Assembly: GCA_964016885.1 (NCBI GenBank)
Contig: OZ024755.1
Span: forward strand, 38,564,001-38,628,000
From: Eledone cirrhosa
Taxonomy: Eukaryota
Length of the DNA: 64,000 nucleotides
Direction of reading: 5' to 3'
This document shows positions 52,683 through 64,000 of the stretch, one piece after another. Under the pieces are notes generated by a model. It was given only the letters and a program-made list of their open reading frames with translations, had not been told where the DNA came from and made no database searches. The position numbers were made by a program, and so were the translations under genes. The first letter of the stretch is position 1, and each line of letters starts with the position of its first letter.

Positions 52683-53060
52683 TTTATTAAAATAACAGAT
52701 TAAAGTTTAAGCAAAGAATCGCTGCTTTCACCCTTAACGGGATCTTCTGAAACTAACAAAGTCAATCTGTAAACGCAGAACTGGATATTTAAAAAAACGT
52801 TGCAACCGGAGGAAGACAGGAAGACGATACTTTGGTTCGTGGAAACGTTCGCTGGCATTTCCACGAACCAAAGTTCGTGGAAATGCCAGCGAACGTTAGT
52901 TTCAGAAGATCCTGTTAAGGGTGAAAGCAGCGATTCTTTGCTTAAACTTTAATCTGTTATTTTAATAAATATTTGCTCTACGGTTCTTATATATTTGATA
53001 TATATTTTCCTTATCGAGCCCTCTTTGGATTTTAGTCTTCAATTTTATTATTATTACTAT
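52683..53060. mobile_element. Foldback copy of the 26481-type element with nested internal inversions
   Basis: 52683-52757 is inverted at 52895-52969; nested hairpins at 52830-52897. Confidence 0.85.
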
Positions 53061-53072
53061 ATATATATATAT

Positions 53073-53232
53073 ATAGGAAAAAGTATGACCCCGACGGCAG
53101 AGCGCAAGCCGTTTCGACGGCTATTTAGAGTCCAAAAATAGCCGCCGAAACGACTTGAACTCTGCCGCCGGGTCATACTTTTTCCTATTTCCCACTCTAC
53201 TACCCTAAGTATTGAGTACTCTGGTGCGTTAT
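53073..53232. mobile_element. TA-flanked foldback, family A (diverged)
   Basis: ATAGGAAAAAGTATGACCC...CCGTTTCGACGGCTATTT / AAATAGCCGCCGAAACG...GGGTCATACTTTTTCCTAT. Confidence 0.85.
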
Positions 53233-53292
53233 TCCTTTGTTATATATATATATATATATGTATGTATATATATATATATATATATATATGTA

Positions 53293-53475
53293 ATTGTTTC
53301 TACTTTAGGCACAAGGCCAGCAATTACCCAGTACATTACTGGTACTTTATTTCATCGACCCCGTAAGGATGAAAGGCAAAGTTATCCTCGGCGAGATTTG
53401 AACTCAGACTGTAAAGGGACGTAACTATGCTAGAAAGCATGGCGTCCAACCCTTCACCGATACTGCCAATTCACC
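53293..53475 (-). mobile_element. tRNA-derived SINE (OK-like)
   Basis: Near-identical to 35719-35905. Confidence 0.87.
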
Positions 53476-53575
53476 GATACTGCCAATTCACCGATATATA
53501 TATAATAACTAGAAATTGATTAACATATATATAAACATGAATAATCACAGGAGATAATTTTTACAAGTGTGTAAC

Positions 53576-53675
<100 letters not shown>

Positions 53676-53796
53676 GGAGGTGAGTTTTATTGTAGTACAA
53701 TAAAGCAATGCAGATATCGGATAAGAAGCACTCTACAGTTTGTAGGACTGGAGTATACATAATATAAGATCAAAAGATGGTTAAAGGAGTTCCATG

Positions 53797-53867
53797 TATT
53801 TTATTATGCGCATTTCAAAAACAAACATCATCATGCAATAATATTTGTGTTTTCATCAGATAAAACA
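53797..53867 (-). ncRNA. Type I hammerhead (mirror copy)
   Basis: TCATCAG at 53853-59 and TTTC at 53813-16; near reverse complement of 53986-54056. Confidence 0.82.
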
Positions 53868-53985
53868 GGAGAACATGATATGAAGGCTATAAAACACTTG
53901 TGGATAGTGCAGTTTTAAATCAACATATGTTGATTTAAAACTGCACTATCCACAAGTGTTTTTTAACCTTCATATCATGTCTTCC

Positions 53986-54056
53986 TATTTTATCTGATGA
54001 AGACACAAATGTTATTGCATGATGATATTTGTTTTTGAAATGCGCATAATAAAATA
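53986..54056 (+). ncRNA. Type I hammerhead ribozyme with ~15-bp stem II
   Basis: TATTTTAT-CTGATGA-AGACACAAATGTTATT gcat GATGATATTTGTTTTT-GAAA-TGCGCA-TA-ATAAAATA; 8-bp perfect stem I, AUA triplet. Confidence 0.86.
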
Positions 54057-54180
54057 CATGGAACTCTTTTAACCATCTTTTGATCTTATATTATGTATAC
54101 TCCAGTCCTACAAACTGTAGAGTGCTTCTTATCCGATATCTGCATTGCTTTATTGTACTACAATAAAACTCACCTCCTAC

Positions 54181-54342
<162 letters not shown>

Positions 54343-54372
54343 AAACACGCAGTGACGTGAATAACAATAAAC

Positions 54373-54490
54373 CTGGCCGAGTGGCTAAGTGGTTGACTTT
54401 GTAATCGTTAGGTCGTGGGTTCGATCTCTCTTGCGTGGTAACTTGGGAAACTATCATGTCTCATAGCCATGGGTCAACCTTTGCCCTCGT
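54373..54490 (+). mobile_element. tRNA-derived SINE head (not a tRNA gene)
   Basis: A-box TGGCCGAGTGG and B-box GGTTCGATCT; no complete cloverleaf. Confidence 0.55.
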
Positions 54491-54589
54491 GGTGGTTGGG
54501 GTGGTGGCGGTGGTTTGTAGTGTTGTTAGTGGTGGTGACTGTAGAATTATCAGATTGAGGCAGATGGTAACTATCCGCTGAGAAAGGGT

Positions 54590-55078
54590 AGCCACACCCA
54601 CCGACGGCCACACACTCCAAAGGCCACACCCTCCGACGGCCACACCCACCGACGGCTACACCCACCGACGGCCACACCCTCCAAAGGCCACACCCTCCGA
54701 CGGCCACACCCACCGACGGCTACACCCTCAGACGGCCACACCCACCGACGGCCACACCCTCCAACGGCCACACCCTCCAACAGCCACACCCTCTGACGGC
54801 CACACCCACCGACGGCTACACCCTCAGACGGCCACACCCTCCAACGGCCACACCCTCCAACAGCCACACCCTCTGACGGCCACACCCACCGACGGCTACA
54901 CCCTCAGACGGCCACACCCACCGACGGCCACACCCTCCAACGGCCACACCCTCCAACGGCCACACCCTCTGACGGCCACACCCTCCGACGGCTACACCCT
55001 CAGACGGCCACACCCTCTGACGGCCACACCCTCCAACGGCCACACCCTCCAACGGCCACACCCTCCGATGGCCACAGG
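54590..55078. repeat. 16-bp GC-rich minisatellite (GGCCACACCCTCCGAC)n, ~30 copies
   Basis: Period 16 (54606 to 54622). Confidence 0.95.
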
Positions 55079-55802
55079 CACCGAAAACCACACCTTCTTA
55101 GGGGGGTGACAGATCTGTATGTATTCCAAGGCCATGTGTAACTTTAATAAGAAAGATTCATCGCAACAGAGTTAGTGACAAGGGCCTTTTGAATTACAGG
55201 TACAGTCTATTTGAGTTGACGGTCTTCCACATAGTTTCTGTCTAACCAATTTCATTGACAAGACTAGTTTAAGCCGGAGACTACGGTATTGCCCCTTGTT
55301 ACCGCAGTGGGATCAACAGCGAACCTGTTAACCATTCGTTGATGTTGCATCCGAGGACGCAGTGTTTCTAGTATCACACCATCCAATGTGTTTCTTTACA
55401 GACTGTATGGAGGAGAGGATTTGAAAGAGATTTCACTTCTATATTTAGCAGGTCGAACGAAACAGTTTCCCTCGTTGGTTCAACATCGAGGCTGTTGTTT
55501 GTTATGGTATGGATTATCGGTGAGTGTAAATTAGTGATGGTGGTGCTTGTATTTTCAAAATGTCTATATGAAGATTTTTCTTTATAAAATTCCCCAATGA
55601 CGGTCTGCTAGATATTCAAACATCAGTTGTCAGCCAACTGATTTACTTTAAGTAGCAGTTAGCTCCCTTATGTACACGTAGATTTAGTATAAATTATTGC
55701 TGTTGCTTATCATTAGATTAGCTTCAATTTTACAGCCTCGTCGTCCAGCTCTTGCTTGTGTAGTCAGGACTGAACACTGCAATCTATATATAAATTTCTG
55801 CG

Positions 55803-55884
55803 ATTCTGTCTCAACACGTAAAGAGAGAGGAGTAGTTTGACTACCTCATACTACTCCTCTCTCTTTACGTGTTGTGACAGAATT
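55803..55884. repeat. Short hairpin (~33-bp arms)
   Basis: ATTCTGTCTCAACACGTAAAGAGAGAGGAGTAGT / ACTACTCCTCTCTCTTTACGTGTTGTGACAGAAT. Confidence 0.85.
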
Positions 55885-56927
55885 GTATTGTAAATGTATG
55901 TGTGAATGTAAGTGTATGTTTGTGTGAATGTATGTCTGTGAGTATGGATTTTTCTAAGTGTGCCTGTTTCCGCCTTTATATTTATATACTCATGCATATA
56001 AATGTATGTATATGCAGATACACACATATGCGTATGGAAAAAAATCTAGTCTATATAAACAAGCCAGTAGAAGCAGTGTGACATGAGCTGCATGTGTAGT
56101 TGGAGGGGAAATTAAGGAGCAATTCATCAGATTGGACCAAGGAATTTATGGTGACACTATCTGCCGTTCGTGGGATTTGAACTCTCAGACTTCGATCAGA
56201 TACCACAGAGTCTCTTGCTCGACTCTTTAATAATCCACGTATCCGCCACCATCAGGATTGGTACTTTAGTCATCTATCCCGTTGACCTCGGCGGGATTTG
56301 AGCTCAGAACACAGGAAGCTGGAACCAAATAATTTAATCCGAAGCCTCAAAAGTCTCTGCCAACTCGACGCCGTGTAATTCTTTTATTTTTATTAAATTT
56401 TAATACAGAAACACCGCCCCGACGTAGACGTAGAGTCTGTCACCCTCACTCCTACCCCCTGCTCTTCCCCCCCTTTTCTTCTCATTTATGGCATTTATAG
56501 TACTTTCCTTTAATTTCCCATACAACCAGATCTGCCATCCTCTACCCTCCCCCTTTTTATTATTTATTTAATTAATTAGGAAAACTTAATAAATTGTTTA
56601 CAAAAACGAAAAAAAAATAAAATTTTCCATGAAGCATCCATCTGAAAATTCCCTTCTAATTAACGTTTGATTAGGACAGTCAATTTATTTTAGGACAACT
56701 CAATGACGTAAATGACACAAAAGACATTAAACTTGTAAACTTGTCATGAGGAAAGTTTAACATCAAAGTAAATACTTTTGAAACACGTTTTAGAGGTCTG
56801 CATTAAAGACCCCTTCGGTCAGTAATGACCATGGTATTTGTATCTAGAAAGTTCTTCTCCGAGGCACAAGTTCAGGCAAGGTTGTTTGTGGAAGACCAGC
56901 AGTCGGCCATACATTCCAGCCTCCCCT

Positions 56928-58250
56928 GTGGTTCACTTGTTACGACCAACATTACAACAATAGGAGCAGATGTGAAGTTAGGACATGTCTTTGTGTGGTT
57001 GACTTGTTACGACCAACATTACAACAATAGGAACAGATGTGAAGATAGGACAAGTCTTTATGTGGTTCACTTGTTACGACCAACATTACAACAATAGGAG
57101 CAGATGTGAAGTTAGGACATGTCTTTATGTAGTTCACTTGTTACGACTAACTTTACAACAATAGGAGCAGAGGTGAAATTAGGACATGTCTTTATGTGGT
57201 TCACTTATTACGACTAACATTACAACAATAGGAGCAGATGTGAAGATAGGACATGTCTTTATGTGGTTCACTTATTACGACTAACTTTACAACAATAGGA
57301 GCAGAGGTGAAATTAGGACATGTCTTTATGTGGTTCACTTATTACGACTAACATTACAACAATAGGAGCAGATGTGAAGTTAGGACATGTCTTTGTGTGG
57401 TTCACTTATTACGACCAACATTACAACAATAGGAGCAGATGTGAAGTTAGGACATGTCTTATGTGATTCACTTGTTACGACCAACATTACAACAATAGGA
57501 GCAGATGTGAAGATAGGACAAGTCTTTTTGTGGTTCACTTGTTACGACCAACTTTACAACAATAGGAGCAGATGTGAAGATAGGACAAGTCTTTGTGTGG
57601 TTCACTTGTTACGACCAACTTTACAACAATGGGGTTTTTAGAATAATTTAGACACTGAGAAGAACGAAACTCCAGAATATAGAATTCAAGTTGTTCACAC
57701 ATTCACTGATGTAAGACCTTGGATACATCTCTAGTGTTGTATCATGGAGTCAGTGGGACTTTATACGGGTGTAATAACAGATACACACACACTCACACAC
57801 ATCCGCCGCCCCCCCCCCTATATACTTACACACACACTCGCACTCCCCATATATACTTACACACACATATATATTTGTGAAACAGCAGATATACACATAC
57901 ACACACATATATATATACACACACATATATATATACACACACATATACACACATGTATACACACATAAGTATATACACACATATATAGTCACATAGATAC
58001 ACCTTATATATGTATTTACAAATATACACACATACTTTTGGAGCAGATGTGAAGTTAGTCTTTATGTGGTTCACTTGTTACGACCAACATTACAACAATA
58101 GGAGCAGATGTGAAGATAGGACATGTCTTTATGTAGTTCACTTGTTACGACCAACATTACAACAATAGGAGCAGATGTGAAGATAGTACATGTCTTTATG
58201 TAGTTCACTTGTTACGACCAACATTACAACAATAGGAGCAGAGGTGAGAC
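56928..58250. repeat. 67-bp minisatellite interrupted by a ~400-bp insert (57631-58038)
   Basis: Unit GTGGTTCACTTGTTACGACCAACATTACAACAATAGGAGCAGATGTGAAGTTAGGACATGTCTTTAT; preceded by a SINE-like segment at 56805-56927. Confidence 0.93.
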
Positions 58251-58254
58251 AGTC

Positions 58255-59300
58255 CTCATAGTAAACTCACAGCAAATCTACAAACACTGCTGAATAAAAT
58301 TGAAAGAATGTCATGGGAATATAGTCTGGAGATCAACATCAAAAAGACAAAAGTAATGGCAGCAACTAGACAGAAGGTAGAAATGAACATAGGTTGCCAA
58401 GGTGCCAGGCTTGAACAAGTCGAGAAGTTCAAATACGTTGGTTCAAAACTTGAGCAGACGGCAGAGGGAAGTTGGGAAATAAGGGTGAAACTAGCAACTG
58501 CAAGAACAGTCTTGAGCACTCTCGGCAGTCTTTGGATGGATAGAGCTCTTACAAAGTACCCAAAAGAAAGTAATCAAAACATTAGTGTGGCCAGTAGCTC
58601 TATAAGGTTGTGAGTTGAGGACTTTAAAGGCATCTGACTTAAAACGACTGAGTGTATTTGAAATGTCATGCTATAGGTGTGCACTTAGAATTAGCTGGAC
58701 AGCTCACAGAACAAATGAATCTGTCCTGAAAGAGATTGGTGCCAATTGACAGTTGGTTGAAACAGTAAAGAAGAGGTAACTTCAGTATTTTGGTCATGTC
58801 ATCAGGCCCCAAAATTTGACTACCCACATCCTTGGGGGACGAATACAAGGGAAAAGGCCAGGGGACGGCAGAAAAGGAGATGGAGAGATGATATTAAGGA
58901 AGGGACAGGAGGGAGGAATACAGGGGAAAAGGGCCAGGGGACGGCAGAAAAGGAGATGGAGAGATGATATTAAGGAATGGACAGGAGGGAGGAATACAGG
59001 GGAAAAGGGCCGGGGGATGGCAGAAAAGGAGATGGAGCGATGGTATTAAGGAAAGGACAGGAAGCAGGAATACAGGGGAAAAGGGCCAGGGGATGGCAGA
59101 AAAGGAGATGGAGAGGAATACAGGGGAAAAGGGCCAGGGGTCGGCAGAAAAGGAGATGGAGAGATGATATTAAGGAAGGGACAGGAAGGAGTCTGGTGGA
59201 ATGTACAGCAATGGCAAGAGACAGGAAAAGATGGAGAGTGCTGGTCCATAAGTCTTTGACCCCCGACCCTCAGATATAAGGATGAGATGAGGCTAGGCTA
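58255..59300 (+). mobile_element. 5'-truncated RTE/BovB-like LINE 3' end
   Basis: LEINIKKTKVM, LEQVEKFKYVGS, LQYFGHVIR, GRIQGKRARGRQKRRWRDDIKEWTG, ARDRKRWRVLV; frameshifts. Confidence 0.88.
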
Positions 59301-59390
59301 TACACACATATATTCACACACATGCAGACATGTATATGCAAACAGACACACACATGTAAACACAGATATATATATATATATATATATATA

Positions 59391-59591
59391 ACGGAGGAAA
59401 TGTGGTAAGGAACCAGGTGGACCATAACGCACCAAAGTACTCAATACTTAGGGTAGTAAAGTGGGTAATAGGAATGAGTAGGACCCCGACGGCTGAGCTC
59501 AAGCCGTTTCGACGGCTAATTCTGGACTAAGAATTCGTCCAGAATTAGCCGTCGAAACGGCTTGAGCTCAGCCGTCGGGGTCCTACTCGTT

Positions 59592-59595
<4 letters not shown>
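59391..59595. mobile_element. TA-flanked foldback, family A (~59-bp arms, loop 59528-59536)
   Basis: Homologous to 27181-27371; perfect inverted arms 59469-59527 and 59537-59595. Confidence 0.9.
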
Positions 59596-59651
<56 letters not shown>

Positions 59652-59867
59652 CTCCACACACATATACACACTTTAAATCCACCTTATGTATTTAAACACA
59701 GATATATACACACATATACACATATGATATGGTATGGTCCCGTAACTCTTGATAAAGTGGTAGGAGCGCCGTAGGGACTTACATCGTTTCTCGGGCATTT
59801 TAAGCCTGGCGTAGCCCTTCCCTGTCCAGGCCTGAGAATAGTAGATTTCTGCTAGAGAGAGGAAGAA

Positions 59868-60017
59868 TCGACCCCAGTACTCGACTGGTACCTTTATTAT
59901 CGACCTTGAAAGGATGAAAGGCAAAGTTGACCTCGGCAGGATTTGAACTCAGAGAACAGAGAAAGGGAACACCTTAAACCTTTCTATTCGACTTCCTCAC
60001 TCTGCTAATCCACCACC
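59868..60017 (-). mobile_element. tRNA-derived SINE (OK-like, diverged)
   Basis: GGATGAAAGGCAAAGTTGACCTCGGCAGGATTTGAACTCAG. Confidence 0.8.
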
Positions 60018-60019
60018 TT

Positions 60020-63000
60020 CACACACATATACATGTACACACACCTCCACATACACACATACATACACACACACATACACATACACACACACATATACAT
60101 GTACACACACCTCCAGATACACACATACATACACACACACATACATGTACACACACCTCCACATACACACATACATACACACACACATACACATACACAC
60201 ATACATATACATGTACACACACCTCCACATACACACATACATACACACACACATACATGTACACACACCTCCACATACACACATACATACACACACACAT
60301 ACACATACACACACACATATACATGTACACACACCTCCACATACACACATACATACACACACACATACACATACACACATACGTATACATGTAAACACAC
60401 CTCCACATACACACATACATACACACACACATACACATACACACATACATATACATGTAAACACACCTCCACATACACACATACATACACACACACATAC
60501 ACATACACACATACATATACATGTAAACACACCTCCACATACACACATACATACACACACACATACACATACACACATACATATACATGTACACACACCT
60601 CCACATACACACATACATACACACACACATACACATACACACATACATATACATGTACACACACCTCCACATACACACATACATACACACACACATACAC
60701 ATACACACATACATATACATGTACACACACCTCCACATACACACATACATACACACACACATACACATACACACATACATATACATGTACACACACCTCC
60801 ACATACACACATACATACACACACACATACACATACACACATACATATACATGTACACACACCTCCACATACACACATACATACACACACACATACACAT
60901 ACACACATACATATACATGTAAACACACCTCCACATACACACATACATACACACACACATACACATACACACATACATATACATGTACACACACCTCCAC
61001 ATACACACATACATACACACACACATACACATACACACATACATATACATGTAAACACACCTCCACATACACACATACATACACACACACATACACATAC
61101 ACACATACATATACATGTACACACACCTCCACATACACACATACATACACACACACATACACATACACACATACATATACATGTAAACACACCTCCACAT
61201 ACACACATACATACACACACACATACACATACACACATACATATACATGTACACACACCTCCACATACACACATACATACACACACACATACACATACAC
61301 ACATACATATACATGTAAACACACCTCCACATACACACATACATACACACACACATACACATACACACATACATATACATGTAAACACACCTCCACATAC
61401 ACACATACATACACACACACATACACATACACACATACATATACATGTAAACACACCTCCACATACACACATACATACACACACACATACACATACACAC
61501 ATACATATACATGTAAACACACCTCCACATACACACATACATACACACACACATACACATACACACATACATATACATGTAAACACACCTCCACATACAC
61601 ACATACATACACACACACATACACATACACACACACATATACATGTACACACACCTCCACATACACACATACATACACACACACATACACATACACACAT
61701 ACATATACATGTACACACACCTCCACATACACACATACATACACACACACATACACATACACACATACATATACATGTACACACACCTCCACATACACAC
61801 ATACATACACACACACATACACATACACACATACATATACATGTAAACACACCTCCACATACACACATACATACACACACACATACACATACACACATAC
61901 ATATACATGTAAACACACCTCCACATACACACATACATACACACACACATACACATACACACATACATATACATGTAAACACACCTCCACATACACACAT
62001 ACATACACACACACATACATGTACACACACCTCCACATACACACATACATACACACACACATACACATACACACATACATATACATGTAAACACACCTCC
62101 ACATACACACATACATACACACACACATACACATACACACATACATATACATGTAAACACACATACATATACACATATACACATATACATACATGTAAAC
62201 ACACATAGATATACACACATACACATACATATACACACACACATATAGATACATCTAATGATTTACACATATACACACACACATACATGTAAACACACCT
62301 ACACATACACATACACACACATATACATGTAAACACACATACACATACACATACACACACATATACATGTAAACACACATACACATACACACACATATAC
62401 ATGTAAATACACATACACATACACATACACATATACATGTAAACACACTTAGATATATACATACACATATACATGTAAACACACATATAGATATACACAC
62501 ATACACATACATGTAAACACACATAGATATACACACACACATATACATGTAAACACACATAGATATACACACATACACATATACATCTAAACACACACAT
62601 AGATATACACACATACACACATACATGTAAACACACATAGATATACACATACACATATACATGTAAACACACATATAGATATACACACATACACATATAC
62701 ATGTAAACACATATAGATATACACACATACACATACACATACACATACATGTAAACACACATAGATATACACACATACATACACATACACACACATATAC
62801 ATGTAAACAGACATAGATATACACACATACACATACATGTAAACACACATAGATGTTTACATGTATGTGTATGTGTGTATATCTATATGTGTGTGTTTAC
62901 ATGTATATGTGTATGTGTGTATATCTATGTGTGTTTATATGTATGTGTATGTGTGTATCTATATATGTGTTTACATGTATATGTGTATGTGTGTATATCT

Positions 63001-63720
63001 ATGTGTGTTTACGTGTATGTGTATACACACATACACGTAAACACACATAGATATACACACATACACATACATGTAAACACACATAGATATACACACATAC
63101 ACATATACATGTAAACACACATAGATACACCTAATGATTTACACATATACACACACATACACATACATGTAAACACACATAGATATACACACATACACAT
63201 ACATGTAAACACACATAGATATACACACATACACATACACGTAAACACACATAGATATACACACATACACATACATGTGAACACACAGATATACACACAT
63301 ACACATATACATGTAAACACACATAGATATACACACATACACACATACATGTAAACACACATAGATATACACATACACATACATGTAAACACACAGATAT
63401 ACACATACATGTAAACACACATAGATATACACACATACACATACATGTAAACACACATAGATATACACACATACACATACATGTAAACACACATAGATAC
63501 ACACACATACACATACATGTAAACACACATATATACACCTAATGATTTACACATATACACACACATACACATACATGTAAACACACATAGATACACCTAA
63601 TGATTTACACATATACACACACATACACATACATGTAAACACACATAGATACACCTAATGATTTACACATATACACACACATACACATACATGTAAACAC
63701 ACATAGATACACCTAATGAT
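60020..63720. repeat. CA-rich minisatellite (66-bp unit to ~62150, then ~32-bp variants) with an internal inversion at 62853-63022
   Basis: 22-codon periodicity in the spurious ORFs; strand flip from CA-rich to GT-rich at 62853. Confidence 0.95.
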
Positions 63721-64000
63721 TTACACATAGATATACACACATATATTCACATACATGTTTACACAGACACACATCCACACACGCACACATATATATATAA
63801 ACATACACACATATACACATATAGAGACATCCACACACATACACACATATACATACACATATATACATACAGATATACATACACATAAATATACACGCAC
63901 ATACACACATACACACTAATATATATACACACTAACATATATACACACACATACACACTAATATATATACACATATACACACAAATATACACACGTATAC

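Noticed and set aside
54373-54440. tRNA gene
   Set aside because: A and B boxes only; acceptor and anticodon stems do not pair. Treated as a SINE head.
59997-62846. Long ORFs (949, 749, 741, 685 aa)
   Set aside because: Stop-free translations of a CA/GT minisatellite in several frames at once; no protein signal.

Overview
Eukaryotic, gene-poor, repeat-dominated window. It is probably from an octopod cephalopod, inferred only from the SINE families and the extreme (TA)n density. No host protein-coding gene is supported; nearly all ORFs in the track are microsatellite artefacts. Bases ~1030-24710 are a 65-bp satellite (~360 copies) with higher-order duplications. The remainder is a patchwork of (TA)n/(CA)n tracts, tRNA-derived SINEs, decayed LINEs (R4/Dong-type with restriction-like endonuclease, L1/Tx1, RTE), a mariner remnant, HINE-like elements and minisatellites. 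The main finding is a set of small non-coding elements embedded in (TA)n tracts that carry type I hammerhead ribozymes (stem I-CUGANGA-stem II-GAAA-short, often palindromic stem III-UH). They include a 310-bp retrozyme-like tandem array folded into a 2.75-kb palindrome (9 ribozyme copies), a structurally covarying sibling with a canonical hammerhead, and several families with very long (36-100 nt) stem II. Most occur as snap-back palindromes with the same polarity (ribozyme-sense 3' ends pointing outward into TA), and a probable Penelope-like ORF fragment lies nearby. Hairpin pairings and identities were checked by eye, not computed.
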